IMG/VR virus record: IMGVR_UViG_3300042318_000593
Coordinates: 2,856-66,855 of that record
Reading direction: 5' to 3' (one strand)
Length of the DNA stretch: 64,000 bases
Source of the DNA: a virus
Taxonomy: Duplodnaviria; Caudoviricetes
The translations under genes were made by a program, and so were the position numbers. This document shows positions 1 to 10,102 of the stretch, one piece after another. A model generated the notes under the pieces. That model saw nothing but the letters and a program-made list of their open reading frames with translations. It ran no database searches and was not told the DNA's origin. Numbering within the stretch: position 1 is the stretch's first letter; each line of letters starts with the position of its first letter.

Positions 1-3
1 ATC

Positions 4-11
4 TATATTTG
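4..11 (+). promoter_or_regulatory. Bacteroidota-type -7 promoter element (TAnnTTTG) for tmRNA
   Basis: TATATTTG 13 nt upstream of the tmRNA 5' end. Confidence 0.6.
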
Positions 12-24
12 TATTCTATTTACT

Positions 25-425
25 GGGGACGCCTTGGATTTGATTTCAGGTATCAGGAGTAAATGGCACGTAGTCAGAATTCATCTATGACTTTAATCCA
101 CGGTGAAGAAAATTAAACGACAACGTTTACAACACAATGGAAATTGCAGGTTTACTTGCAACTTCTAAAGTAGCAGCCTAACCAAGTTAGCCTCCTATGC
201 GGGTCGACGGACACATAACCTAGGAACAGAAGTCCTTACAGTGTAATACCACTTAGAGTGTTGGAGCATGGCCTGATTGTCTCTTTAAAATTTAGTCAGG
301 AACAAGTTTGTTGTTTTTCTGTGTATGAAATCAAATATTTGTCAATTGAGAACCAATTGAATAAACGTGTAGTCATTTATTGTTGAGCAGGAAAGACAGC
401 GGTTCGACTCCGCTCGTCTCCACCA
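25..425 (+). ncRNA. ssrA: tmRNA (phage-encoded); tag reading frame 119-181 encodes (A)DNVYNTMEIAGLLATSKVAA*
   Basis: 5' GGGGACG pairs with 3' CGTCTCC-A-CCA including the G3:U70 alanine identity pair; T-arm AGCGG-TTCGACT-CCGCT; internal ORF after TAAAC ending in AA-stop. Confidence 0.95.
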
Positions 426-430
426 AAATT

Positions 431-456
431 AAAACCCATCATTTAGATGGGTTTTT
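431..456. terminator. bidirectional intrinsic terminator
   Basis: AAAACCCATC-ATTTA-GATGGGTTTTT between convergent tmRNA and CDS. Confidence 0.75.
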
Positions 457-2185
457 CTATTTCTTTTATTAAATCTTTTGATAGTTCTACATGTCCAAAT
501 CTACCAATGTGTAGATCATCAATCACTCCATTAGTCTCATCAAAAATACTTTGATATTTTTTGTATGGTATAAAATGTCTGTAACAATCCTTTTTAAAAT
601 TTCTTGATTGGTAATGTTTTATTTTAAAATTATTAAAAATAAATTGTCTTGTTTCTTCTTTACATAATTCAATATTAATGAATATAATTCTTTTATCATT
701 TTCAGCTAACGATTTCATTTCATTTAAATTAACTTCCTGAGTAAGATTGACTAAATAATCACAATTTTTTCTCATTAATTCTTGTACCTCTGGTTCAGAT
801 TCACCCCAATTATTAAAGATATAGGAATGTTTTAAATCAATACTTTCTTGAGACCAAATTCTTGTTGGTAAAATGGTTTCTGGTTTAACCCACGTCCAAT
901 GTAATACTTTATTATCTTTTAAAGTATGATTGATGATCTTTACAAAATTCTCAATTTCGGTCCACCAAACTGAATGTGTTTCTTTATTGTAGGCTATTTG
1001 TTCAGTAGTTTTCTTTTCAACGTCGTCATTTTGTTTTGGGTGAGGTGTGAATGGAATTATATCAACCAAATCATTTACGTTATTGGCAACTCTAAATCTA
1101 CTAATTGATGTCCAACCAAAAACAACCAAATCTTTTGGTTTTATATTTTTATGATTGTTTATAAATGATTCAAATATTGTGTAATTAGAACAACCACCCA
1201 TACCATAATTTACAACATCAATATTATAATGTTCGGCGATTAAATCGGGATAATTTTTTGGTGTTTCACCTAAATGATTTACATATTGTTTAGCCCAAGA
1301 TGAGTCTGATTTAAAATGATTTTCAAATGTTTGTGTATGTGAATCACCAAATACGTATAAGGTTGGTTTCAATTTACCCTCTAACATTTTAATCACCTTT
1401 TCTGAGAAATTTTTATTACCAAAATAACCTGGATGCATATCACCACTCGCACCATTCAATTCATCACATATTCTCATATTTTGGAATGTGCAAAATTGAT
1501 TTATACAGTTAAAACCACCAAATTTTAAATTTCTTCTTTTATCATAATCAACATAAAAATCTTTGAATGGCATTTGTAACGAATCATTATCAAACCAATA
1601 AAAATATTCAATATTATTTTCTTCTAAAAAACTAAATAGTCCGGCAAGTTCACCAACAAATTTATTAAAGTATATCATTGGATTATGATATTTTGATAAA
1701 TAATCTTTAACCTCGTTAGTTATTTCGCCTTTAAAATAATCATGATCATATTTTATTCCGTCTTTTGTTAAAACGTCCTGCATTTGTATTGATGATATTG
1801 AACCGATGTTTCTATCATCATCGTATCTTACATTGGTAATAACATAATCATTTACCTTTTCTACATATAAATCAACTCTATGAGGTGGATCTGTTATCTC
1901 AAATAAAAACAATGTCTTTCTTGCCTTATCTAATCCAACTTTTTGAATGTGTTCATATGTTCTTCTAACCAATCTCGGCGCTCCTGAACCTGAAAACGCA
2001 TCATGTTCTAATTTAACCCCAAAATGATCTGCAATGTATTTTGGATATGTAACATCTTTTTCATTATCCCACTCAACCCCATGTTGTTTCTTATATTCTT
2101 GTTTAACCCCAAAATCAGATAATCCACCACCTGCAGTTAATGATGAACCATTAACATATATTGTATCAAAATTAATAAACTTCAT
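443..2185 (-). CDS. tandem SGNH/GDSL-hydrolase-like protein (two domains)
   Basis: Two blocks with GSS/GDS, G-x-S and DxH motifs (DMHPG, DLHIG); start moved to MKFINF because the upstream extension spans a terminator. Confidence 0.6.
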   Translation of the reverse strand: MKFINFDTIYVNGSSLTAGGGLSDFGVKQEYKKQHGVEWDNEKDVTYPKYIADHFGVKLEHDAFSGSGAPRLVRRTYEHIQKVGLDKARKTLFLFEITDPPHRVDLYVEKVNDYVITNVRYDDDRNIGSISSIQMQDVLTKDGIKYDHDYFKGEITNEVKDYLSKYHNPMIYFNKFVGELAGLFSFLEENNIEYFYWFDNDSLQMPFKDFYVDYDKRRNLKFGGFNCINQFCTFQNMRICDELNGASGDMHPGYFGNKNFSEKVIKMLEGKLKPTLYVFGDSHTQTFENHFKSDSSWAKQYVNHLGETPKNYPDLIAEHYNIDVVNYGMGGCSNYTIFESFINNHKNIKPKDLVVFGWTSISRFRVANNVNDLVDIIPFTPHPKQNDDVEKKTTEQIAYNKETHSVWWTEIENFVKIINHTLKDNKVLHWTWVKPETILPTRIWSQESIDLKHSYIFNNWGESEPEVQELMRKNCDYLVNLTQEVNLNEMKSLAENDKRIIFINIELCKEETRQFIFNNFKIKHYQSRNFKKDCYRHFIPYKKYQSIFDETNGVIDDLHIGRFGHVELSKDLIKEIEKPI

Positions 2186-2220
2186 ATTGAAATATAGTAA
2201 ATTATTATTAAAAAGTATAT

Positions 2221-2318
2221 AAAACAACAAAAGGTCCGAAGACCCTTTGTCGAGATTTAGAATACCTCCTTTTCGTTTAGAGTTTATCATTTAACGGCGA
2301 CCAAACCGCCAAACTCTG
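2221..2318 (-). ncRNA. candidate small RNA with exposed AAAGGAGGT, ending in an intrinsic terminator
   Basis: TATTTATA immediately upstream; AGAGTTT/AAACTCT stem enclosing a GGCGG/TCGCC hairpin; terminator CGACAAAGGGTC-TTCG-GACCTTTTGTTG plus T-tract. Confidence 0.5.
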
Positions 2319-2330
2319 AATATAAATATG

Positions 2331-3440
2331 TTATTTTTTCTTATTAATGTGTTCTTTTAAAACTTTTTTTACTGTTTCTTTTACAATTTTAGATTTTTCC
2401 GAAGACCTCATTATTTGATCCCAAATTTCTTTTGTTATCGTTTTTTCTTCATTATCGATACTAAAATAAGCCCTGTTGTCTAAACGATTTTGTAAAAGTT
2501 TTGTATACGTGTCTTGTCTACGATTACCAAAAAATTTTTGATTAAGATCCCCAATTAATGAATTTTTACATCCCAATTCAAATGGAAAACTATTACAATT
2601 TTTTATAGTCAAATTAGGTTCATCTATTTTATTATAATCTGTTGTTGTTGAATAAATTGTAGTTTGATTTGGTTTATACGGTTTCTCGTCATCAGATTTA
2701 TTCGTCGTATCTGTTTTACTTGTTGTGTCCGTTTTACTCGTTGAATCGGATTTACTAGATGAATCCTCTTCAGTTTTTGTTGCCGTACCTTTAATTTTAT
2801 CTAAAAAATTGTAACTAAAACTTTTTCTATCTTTACCAAATGTAATTTTAGATTTAAACTTACTCAAATCGTAATTTGGAACTAACGATTTAATTCTACT
2901 TGTTATATCTTCTCTTGAAGTATCTATTGAGATGTCAAATGTTAAATTTTGACCTTCATATCTTGGATTATCTAACGTACCTGAGACGTAAGAAAAACTA
3001 TATGAGGATATTCCTAATTGTATTGGTTCATCAACGTTGGTATATGACGTAGAATCGAATATTTTAAATTCTCCGTTTGTCTTGGAAACGTAATTCCCCA
3101 TTAAAGATTTTTTTATGTTGTCATCTAAATTAACATTTGATTCTCCGTCACCAACACAAAAATCATATTTTTTTGCCCACTCTAAATCACAAGCAAATGT
3201 CCTATAAAAACTTCTTTTGTTTTTTAATGTAACCCTAACCTCATCCTTTTTAGTGAACATTTTATCTACATTGTCATTCAAGTATTTAAACAAGTTAATT
3301 TTTCCCTCACTAAAGATATTTTCATCTTTGAACCATATGGCAATAAATTGTTCTAAACTCAAAACATTATTTTTAAGTTTTTTATAATCTTTGGGTATTT
3401 TACTATATAAACTCTTTCTATTATTTTGAAAATTTACCAT
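2331..3440 (-). CDS. hypothetical (putative virion) protein with S/T/K/D-rich linker and C-terminal peptidoglycan-binding-like segment
   Basis: 369 aa; SKTDTT repeats; FELGCKN motif; C-terminal IVKETVKKVLKE. Confidence 0.5.
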   Translation of the reverse strand: MVNFQNNRKSLYSKIPKDYKKLKNNVLSLEQFIAIWFKDENIFSEGKINLFKYLNDNVDKMFTKKDEVRVTLKNKRSFYRTFACDLEWAKKYDFCVGDGESNVNLDDNIKKSLMGNYVSKTNGEFKIFDSTSYTNVDEPIQLGISSYSFSYVSGTLDNPRYEGQNLTFDISIDTSREDITSRIKSLVPNYDLSKFKSKITFGKDRKSFSYNFLDKIKGTATKTEEDSSSKSDSTSKTDTTSKTDTTNKSDDEKPYKPNQTTIYSTTTDYNKIDEPNLTIKNCNSFPFELGCKNSLIGDLNQKFFGNRRQDTYTKLLQNRLDNRAYFSIDNEEKTITKEIWDQIMRSSEKSKIVKETVKKVLKEHINKKK

Positions 3441-3445
3441 TACTA

Positions 3446-5008
3446 TTATTTAATTAGATCTTCAGGATTTACATCACCTGATTTTATTTGTTCATCAATA
3501 GCGTTTATTATCGTATCAACTCTAGGAGCATTAATCAATCTTAAAGTATCCGCAATTTGAGAATTACTTTGACCTGCGGTGTCTATTTGTAATTCATTTT
3601 CCTTACTTTTTTTAATTACATTTTTTAATTGATTATCAAAATCACCTGGTTTCCAACCACCTTGATATTTTTGTAATAAAAAAAATGCATCTAATGACCA
3701 TGCAGGCATAGTTGACAATTCACCTGCTCTAATACCTAAAGATTCAACATATTGAGTTGTTAAAATATTAACGGTTGCCCATCCACGTGTCATTTCTTCA
3801 TCATATTCATCTAATATTTTTTTATCTGTTAATGGAAGATTAACATCATATCCTTGTGCTTGTAGATATGATTCCGACATGGCTCCTAAAAATTTATATG
3901 CTGCCAATACCGCCGGAACTATAGTAACCGACGCCTGTATTTTATTACCTAATTCATTACCAAGAAATCTACCCCAACCTAACATCTTTATATTTTTTCC
4001 AAGTTCACGATATTTTCTTGGGTCCCACATTAAACTAACATTAAAAAGTCTTTCTGTAATGTTAAAAAATCTTTTCCACACACCTTTACCTTTATCAGGT
4101 TTCGAAAACATTAATTTAAATGCCTTCCACTTTGAGGTCATTTGATTTATTTTTTCAATAGTTCCATTTGATGTTTCAAATTCTCGTAATAAATCTCTGA
4201 ATGTTTGGTTATTGGTAGCATCCTTTAGTATATAAAATGGATCTTTCGGATCAAACAATCTTTTCATTTCTGGAGTCTTTTTCAATTCCTCGGTCCACAT
4301 TTTATATAAAGTAGCGTGTTGTTCTTTTTTTCTTAACGTTAATTGACCTAAAATTCTATTAATTTCAGTCATTTCTTTTCCAATATCCGTTTTACCTAGT
4401 GTATATTTTGTTAAAATAGATTCAAAATTTTTATCAAACTCACCTTTTAATAAATCAACATTAGGCATTACCTTATCGTATAAATTTTTTAATATATTTG
4501 GAGAGGAAATGGATTGACCTAATCCTCTAAAAAATTCAGTAAAAAATTCTTTAACTGTTTTAAATGTTTTACCCCAAATTTCATCAACAATTATATTACC
4601 TTTAGATGCAAGATAAGCCTGAACTCCTCTTTCCAATCCACTAAATTTTCTAATTAAAATTAAAAAATCAGGATCCGTTATTTGACTTACTTTAAAACCT
4701 TTTTTAACCAATAGTTCTTCAAATGCTAAACGCATTTCTGGAGATCTAAATAATGTTTTCCATACAAACATAGGTGTTTGACCATCAATTAAAATTTTAC
4801 TGATCTTACCAGTTTCTTTATCAACAATTATTCTACCTGTTTTAATCAAATCTTGTTCAAATTCTTTGTTTTTTAATACAGTCTTTGATAAAGTTTTTCT
4901 AATACCAATTTGTATAAATTCGTCAATTATTGGAAAAAGGTTAGCTTCGGTCAATAAACCGGTTAATTTTTTAAATTTTTGTATTTCTTCTTGTAATCTA
5001 TTTCTCAT
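3446..5008 (-). CDS. hypothetical putative head-internal protein
   Basis: 520 aa; leader MRNRLQEEIQKFKKLTGLLTE; hydrophobic segment near the C-terminal third. Confidence 0.5.
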   Translation of the reverse strand: MRNRLQEEIQKFKKLTGLLTEANLFPIIDEFIQIGIRKTLSKTVLKNKEFEQDLIKTGRIIVDKETGKISKILIDGQTPMFVWKTLFRSPEMRLAFEELLVKKGFKVSQITDPDFLILIRKFSGLERGVQAYLASKGNIIVDEIWGKTFKTVKEFFTEFFRGLGQSISSPNILKNLYDKVMPNVDLLKGEFDKNFESILTKYTLGKTDIGKEMTEINRILGQLTLRKKEQHATLYKMWTEELKKTPEMKRLFDPKDPFYILKDATNNQTFRDLLREFETSNGTIEKINQMTSKWKAFKLMFSKPDKGKGVWKRFFNITERLFNVSLMWDPRKYRELGKNIKMLGWGRFLGNELGNKIQASVTIVPAVLAAYKFLGAMSESYLQAQGYDVNLPLTDKKILDEYDEEMTRGWATVNILTTQYVESLGIRAGELSTMPAWSLDAFFLLQKYQGGWKPGDFDNQLKNVIKKSKENELQIDTAGQSNSQIADTLRLINAPRVDTIINAIDEQIKSGDVNPEDLIK

Positions 5009-5013
5009 TTTAA

Positions 5014-6657
5014 TTATTTTCTTTTTAAATCAAAATCCATTGCCAACTTTTTAAAATCTTGATTTTGATTTTTAATAAACTCATTTAATAAATATCCTGA
5101 TATTTTTACATAATATTTTGGATTAGTTTCTTGGTATTTCTTTTGATATATATCTAAAACCGGATTTATTTTACTGTCGTATTGAGTAATTAATCCCATT
5201 TCATATATTTTTGTTATTTGAGGTCCTAAATCAAATGCGGGGTCCGACTCAATTGTATTAATTAATCCAGGATTATCTGTTATTTCTTCAAATTTGTTTT
5301 CAACAATTTTATCGTATCCTCTATTAACCATTTGTTCATATGCCCACGATCCTAACTTAACTCCTATATGTATAACACCATATGCTGTGAAAAAATAACC
5401 CATTTCTCTTGCTGCTAATGTGTTAAAAATAGACTTAGCCGATTGTTTAGATATTAATTTGTTTTTAAACATGTAGTTTAAATTTAACATCAATCTTAAC
5501 ATCTTTGATTTATCTTTAGATGCAATTTTAACTCCATTTACTATTACTTTATCAATTGCATCTTTTATTACTTTTGGATTTTCAGAAACTAATTTTTGTA
5601 AGAGATAACGATGTCTGTCATTTTTTATATATGTTGGACTCATCGCATTAAACATTTCAGGTAATTCATTGGAATATTTAATATCTTTGACATATGTTGA
5701 TACCGCTTTAGCTTCCTCAATCGTACATCTACCCCAACCAAGATATTCGGAAACACCAGGTAAAAATGCTGCAATCAAATTAATGATACCACCTAAGGTA
5801 TCTCCTCTACTAAATTCAATAGACGCAACACCTAAATCCAATAATGTTGCTGCAACAATACCCCCCCAACCTGGAAATATAAAGAACACAAGAACACTAC
5901 TTATGGGTAACACGATTTTACCCCACTGATCATACCAATCACTAATATATTCATTAGGAATTTTAACACCTTTTAATGTTTCATTTTCATCATATGGTTT
6001 TCCGTCGTTTTTATTAACATACCAATCAAATTCCCAAGATCCATTTTTGAATACTAATTTACTAATATAAAAATCTCTATTTTCAGTTGTAAAATTTCTT
6101 AAAGTATTATCTGGAAAAAGAGGATTAAAAACTTTATTTTCAGGTATTTTGTTTTGATTTTCCGTTCCTTCCCAAGATTTGAAAAACACTTGAACTCTAT
6201 CTAAATTTGGATCCCACACTTCATGTTCCCCTGATTTTGGTATTACTAACGATGTTTTATTAAATCTATTTCTTGGTGGTATCTTTACTATAATAAATTT
6301 ATCATCAAAGTCCCTTTTTTCATTTTCTTTTTTTACTTTCTCTTGTTGACCGTCATTTTTAACATAATTGAGAACATCTTGTCTACCTTCTTGTTCTTTC
6401 AATGGGTTAGCTTTACCTCTTGTTAATTTTGAACCAACAACGTCAGCCCATTTAGTTACCCCCACTTGATTACCCGGCCCTCTTGTAACACCACTTTCCC
6501 ATTTACCTACGCTAGGATATCCTTGACCACCCGACTGTTTACTGGATGTACCCGCTTCAGGTTCCGCTGGTGGTGGTTCGGCCTGTTCTTCTAATTCCGT
6601 TTCGGATATTAAAGTAAGTAAATTATTATATTGTTTATCGGTTAAGCCCAACTTCAT
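5014..6657 (-). CDS. putative head-internal/ejected protein with transmembrane hairpin
   Basis: 547 aa; leader MKLGLTDKQYNNLLTLISE; hydrophobic stretch IVLPISSVLVFFIFPGWGGIVAATLLDLG; TATTTATA upstream. Confidence 0.55.
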   Translation of the reverse strand: MKLGLTDKQYNNLLTLISETELEEQAEPPPAEPEAGTSSKQSGGQGYPSVGKWESGVTRGPGNQVGVTKWADVVGSKLTRGKANPLKEQEGRQDVLNYVKNDGQQEKVKKENEKRDFDDKFIIVKIPPRNRFNKTSLVIPKSGEHEVWDPNLDRVQVFFKSWEGTENQNKIPENKVFNPLFPDNTLRNFTTENRDFYISKLVFKNGSWEFDWYVNKNDGKPYDENETLKGVKIPNEYISDWYDQWGKIVLPISSVLVFFIFPGWGGIVAATLLDLGVASIEFSRGDTLGGIINLIAAFLPGVSEYLGWGRCTIEEAKAVSTYVKDIKYSNELPEMFNAMSPTYIKNDRHRYLLQKLVSENPKVIKDAIDKVIVNGVKIASKDKSKMLRLMLNLNYMFKNKLISKQSAKSIFNTLAAREMGYFFTAYGVIHIGVKLGSWAYEQMVNRGYDKIVENKFEEITDNPGLINTIESDPAFDLGPQITKIYEMGLITQYDSKINPVLDIYQKKYQETNPKYYVKISGYLLNEFIKNQNQDFKKLAMDFDLKRK

Positions 6658-6739
6658 AGTCTATAAATATCCAATAAAACTTTTGAATACGATATTGGTA
6701 TAGGGAAAAATACCCTTTTTTGAGTTAAAAATAAAGATT

Positions 6740-7111
6740 TTAATCTTCGTTGTAGATATTTGGGTCTTCTTTGGAATACATTTTAATAAATTGTCCCGCC
6801 TTAGCGTTCGCTTCATCTTCAATTTCACCTCCAATATCGGGTGGTTGAACCTTAAGACGTCCTTGTTCAAATTGTTTGTGATGAACCATCTCATGTGCAA
6901 TACTTCTACATACATCCACAAGTGCTCGATTCTTAGCACATACCTTTATGATCTTGTTTTCTTTGGTGTAATCGTAGTTTGCAGTCGTTTTTAGACCGTC
7001 TCTATGGTTTTGTATCTTGATGGTTGGAACGGTTTTAAGTTCCAATTGTTCCTTTACAAATAGGACAAACTTGTCTAATATTTCTCTTTTCTCGTCAGTT
7101 AAAAAACTCAT
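6740..7111 (-). CDS. zinc metallopeptidase-like protein (HExxH)
   Basis: IAHEMVHHKQ...EDEAN motif; TATTTATA upstream. Confidence 0.65.
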   Translation of the reverse strand: MSFLTDEKREILDKFVLFVKEQLELKTVPTIKIQNHRDGLKTTANYDYTKENKIIKVCAKNRALVDVCRSIAHEMVHHKQFEQGRLKVQPPDIGGEIEDEANAKAGQFIKMYSKEDPNIYNED

Positions 7112-7123
7112 ACTTTATAAATA

Positions 7124-7363
7124 TTACAAAATTGATTCTTCAGGTAAATCATTTTCAGTTGCATATTGGTCGATTAGTTCAATAACATCGTCTTCCTCCA
7201 TTTTATACATGTCATTCTCATGAATAATATTGGGAGAATAATACATAACATCCTCAATTGTTAATTCTAACACTCTATATGTGTCGTCACCGTCATTATC
7301 GGTTGAAAACTCAACGTACAATATCCTATTGTCGTCGTTATAATAAAATTCTCTTATATACAT
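7124..7363 (-). CDS. small acidic hypothetical protein
   Basis: 79 aa ORF, very D/E rich. Confidence 0.6.
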   Translation of the reverse strand: MYIREFYYNDDNRILYVEFSTDNDGDDTYRVLELTIEDVMYYSPNIIHENDMYKMEEDDVIELIDQYATENDLPEESIL

Positions 7364-7458
7364 GGGCTAAACAATCATAATTATATTGATTTTACTCAAA
7401 ATCAAAAAATATACATTTATAGATACAAAATAGAGATATTTTTCTTATTATTATTCAT

Positions 7459-7782
7459 ATGGATTGGTATGTTATAGAATATTTGTATCCTATTGCCTTT
7501 CAAAGGTTTAAGGATACTATGTTTCCAAATGTTGGAGTGATAAGTCTATCAACTTTAGGGTTATATGACTCAAAAAAACTTTATCAGTTTTTTGATAAAG
7601 AGGGTGTGTACCTAACAATAGAAATGTATAACCCATATCAATGGGTTTTTAGTGTGTCACTTAAAAATGGTATTGTATTTGGACCTACACAGGATTCAAG
7701 AACTACCAGAGATGAAACTGAGACAGATGGGTTTCTTGAGTGTTTCAGGATATTAGATAAAAAATTAAAAGAGACTATATGA
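7459..7782 (+). CDS. hypothetical protein
   Basis: 107 aa ORF overlapping the next start (ATGA). Confidence 0.6.
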   Translation: MDWYVIEYLYPIAFQRFKDTMFPNVGVISLSTLGLYDSKKLYQFFDKEGVYLTIEMYNPYQWVFSVSLKNGIVFGPTQDSRTTRDETETDGFLECFRILDKKLKETI

Positions 7783-8099
7783 GTGATATTTATGATAATA
7801 GTATGAGTATGTCATCCAACTTTCTTTTACAATCAACAAGAGTCTTACATAACGACAATTATGATGAGGATGAATTGGAGATGATATCCAACTTTATGGT
7901 TGCCGTTGACAATGAGATATTAAATGAGTATAATAATACGTGTACCATCTTATCTTATGATAATGATCTACAACTTTACATTGAAATATTAGATGCCTTG
8001 ATTGTTATTTTTGAAGAAAGAGAAGAATATGAAAAATGTGAGATGTTAAAACATAAGAGGGATGACTCAATAGAAATAATGGAAAATAAAACAATATAG
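7779..8099 (+). CDS. acidic protein with UVR (UvrB/UvrC)-like motif
   Basis: C-terminal EEREEYEKCEMLK. Confidence 0.5.
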   Translation: MSDIYDNSMSMSSNFLLQSTRVLHNDNYDEDELEMISNFMVAVDNEILNEYNNTCTILSYDNDLQLYIEILDALIVIFEEREEYEKCEMLKHKRDDSIEIMENKTI

Positions 8100-8101
8100 T
8101 T

Positions 8102-8239
8102 ATGGCAATTTTATCGATGTCCGATGAGGAACGAAAGAAAATTTCAGAGCAACATAAACAACTTGAGAAGATTGCTCGTGAAAAAAAAGAAGAATTAAAA
8201 AAAGGTTTAAAAAAACCTGAAGAAAAAAAAACCTCCTAA
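8102..8239 (+). CDS. small protein (45 aa, not in ORF track)
   Basis: MAILSMSDEERKKISEQHKQLEK...; fills the gap before the terminator. Confidence 0.5.
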   Translation: MAILSMSDEERKKISEQHKQLEKIAREKKEELKKGLKKPEEKKTS

Positions 8240-8253
8240 TTGGAGGTTTTTTT
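8228..8253. terminator. bidirectional terminator
   Basis: AAAACCTCC-TAATT-GGAGGTTTT between convergent genes. Confidence 0.6.
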
Positions 8254-9324
8254 AATGAAGTTCAGTGCTGATGATATCACTTGGTGCATATCATAATATT
8301 TGTATTCAGCTAACCTACCTCCGAAGTGTATGTTTTCTAATTTATCGGCTTCAGCCTTATATTTTAAGTATATCTCAGTATTTTCTTTATCATTTACTGG
8401 ATAATATGGTTCAGTTTCTTCCGCTTTATATTGTGTTGGATATTCCCAAGTTACCCACGTTGAATCTGTTTTAACGTCAGGTTCAAAATGTTTGTGTTCT
8501 ATTGTTCTTGTATGTATGGTATCACTATCGGTATAATTCATAACCGCACAACCCTGATGATTGTCTGTATCAAATTTAAAATGTTCAAACTTTGTTGTTT
8601 TATATTCTAATTGACCATATTTGTAATTAAAGAATTTATCTATTGGTCCTGTATAAATTACTTTACTATGTTCAGGTAATTCATCTTTAAAATAATCAAC
8701 ACTCAATTTAACATCAATTCCATCTAATAACTTTTCAAATATCTGTGTGTACCCTCCAATTGGAATACCTTGATATTTGTCATTAAAATAATTATTATCA
8801 TACGTTAATCTAAATGGTAATCTTGTTATAATTTCTTTTGGTAATTCTTTAGGATCTTTTCTCCATTGCTTCGATGTATAATTTTTAATTAATTTTTCAT
8901 ACACATCTTTACCTACCAATTTTATCGCTTGTTCTTCTAAATTTGTAATTTCAGTAATCTCAGAACTTTGTTCTTCAATTATCTTCTTAGCTTCATGTGG
9001 ATGTGTTACTCCCCATAACTTATTAAATGTCCACATGTTGAATGGTAAAGCATAAATTTCACCTTTATAGTTTGCAACGATTCTTAAACTAAAATTATTA
9101 AATTCAACAAATTGATTTATCCACTTCCATACCTCTTCGTTTGACGTATGAAAAATATGGGGTCCGTATGTGTGAATGTTAATACCATCTTTATTCTCTG
9201 TGTGGCAGTTGCCTCCAATATGGTTTCTACTATCAATAACACAAACCTTATGACCTTGTTTCGTTAATTCGTGTGCACAAATGGATCCGTAGAATCCTGC
9301 ACCTACTATTAAGTAATCGTACAT
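8236..9324 (-). CDS. glf: UDP-galactopyranose mutase
   Basis: GAGFYG FAD motif, HIGGNC, YGPHIFHT, YQGIP, EPYYPVN, GRLAEYKYYDMH. Confidence 0.95.
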   Translation of the reverse strand: MYDYLIVGAGFYGSICAHELTKQGHKVCVIDSRNHIGGNCHTENKDGINIHTYGPHIFHTSNEEVWKWINQFVEFNNFSLRIVANYKGEIYALPFNMWTFNKLWGVTHPHEAKKIIEEQSSEITEITNLEEQAIKLVGKDVYEKLIKNYTSKQWRKDPKELPKEIITRLPFRLTYDNNYFNDKYQGIPIGGYTQIFEKLLDGIDVKLSVDYFKDELPEHSKVIYTGPIDKFFNYKYGQLEYKTTKFEHFKFDTDNHQGCAVMNYTDSDTIHTRTIEHKHFEPDVKTDSTWVTWEYPTQYKAEETEPYYPVNDKENTEIYLKYKAEADKLENIHFGGRLAEYKYYDMHQVISSALNFIKKTSN

Positions 9325-9325
9325 A

Positions 9326-10102
9326 TTATAATTTTATAAAATTTTCACAATAAATGTCATTAGTATTTATATGTGAATTACCTTCACCAAACCATACTTT
9401 GGGACATATAATTTTTTTATTAGGGTTTTTTCCTAACCAAGATCCCCACCAACTAAAGGTACTATTTGTAATAATATGATCATCACATAAAGATGTTAAA
9501 CACATATCAAATATTAAATCACCTGTGCTATATATTATGTTTTTATTTTTAAAATTTTCTCTACACCAATTAATATCATCAGATGTAAATACAAATATCG
9601 TATTTTCATCATTTAACATTTCAATTGAATTATTATAATATTCCAAGGAAGGTTGTGGATGGATATGTGGATTTACTAAATAATCACCTCTCCTAACATG
9701 AACTGAAACTAATTTATTATCTTTGTAATTTTTAATAAATTCATTAACTTTTTGTATTGTATCTTCTTTAAATTTAAACTCACTTCTTACCACATTTTTA
9801 CAATGTTGGAAATATTTTTCGGTTTGAAAGTAACCGATAAAATTTGTGTTATTAACCACATTAAAAATATCTGAATTAAAATGAAAATATGGTTCTCTAT
9901 ATTCATGTTTCGCAACAAACGGTTCAATTAAACACTCATTGAAATCAAAAAATTTAAATAAATAACTATTTTTTTTTGTTTCGGGATCGATGATAATATC
10001 ATAACCATTTCTATGTTTAATACCCAATAGTAAAGAATATTGAAACATTTGATTACCTAATTGACCGTGTCCACCTAAAAGATTGTATGTTATCCCGTCC
10101 AT
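9326..10102 (-). CDS. alpha-1,2-fucosyltransferase (GT11)
   Basis: GQLGNQMFQY, GYFQTEKYF, SVHVRRGDY, NSTFSWWG. Confidence 0.9.
   Translation of the reverse strand: MDGITYNLLGGHGQLGNQMFQYSLLLGIKHRNGYDIIIDPETKKNSYLFKFFDFNECLIEPFVAKHEYREPYFHFNSDIFNVVNNTNFIGYFQTEKYFQHCKNVVRSEFKFKEDTIQKVNEFIKNYKDNKLVSVHVRRGDYLVNPHIHPQPSLEYYNNSIEMLNDENTIFVFTSDDINWCRENFKNKNIIYSTGDLIFDMCLTSLCDDHIITNSTFSWWGSWLGKNPNKKIICPKVWFGEGNSHINTNDIYCENFIKL

Noticed and set aside
395-425. Stand-alone tRNA-Ala
   Set aside because: The T-arm and acceptor stem belong to the tmRNA; there is no anticodon arm
2186-2290. N-terminal extensions in the ORF track (also at 37436, 38668, 39166, 39935, 47395, 48579, 51733, 55492, 59410)
   Set aside because: They run through terminators or promoters; downstream ATGs match the leader and promoter patterns
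2695-2765. SKTDTT coding micro-repeats
   Set aside because: Ordinary low-complexity linker
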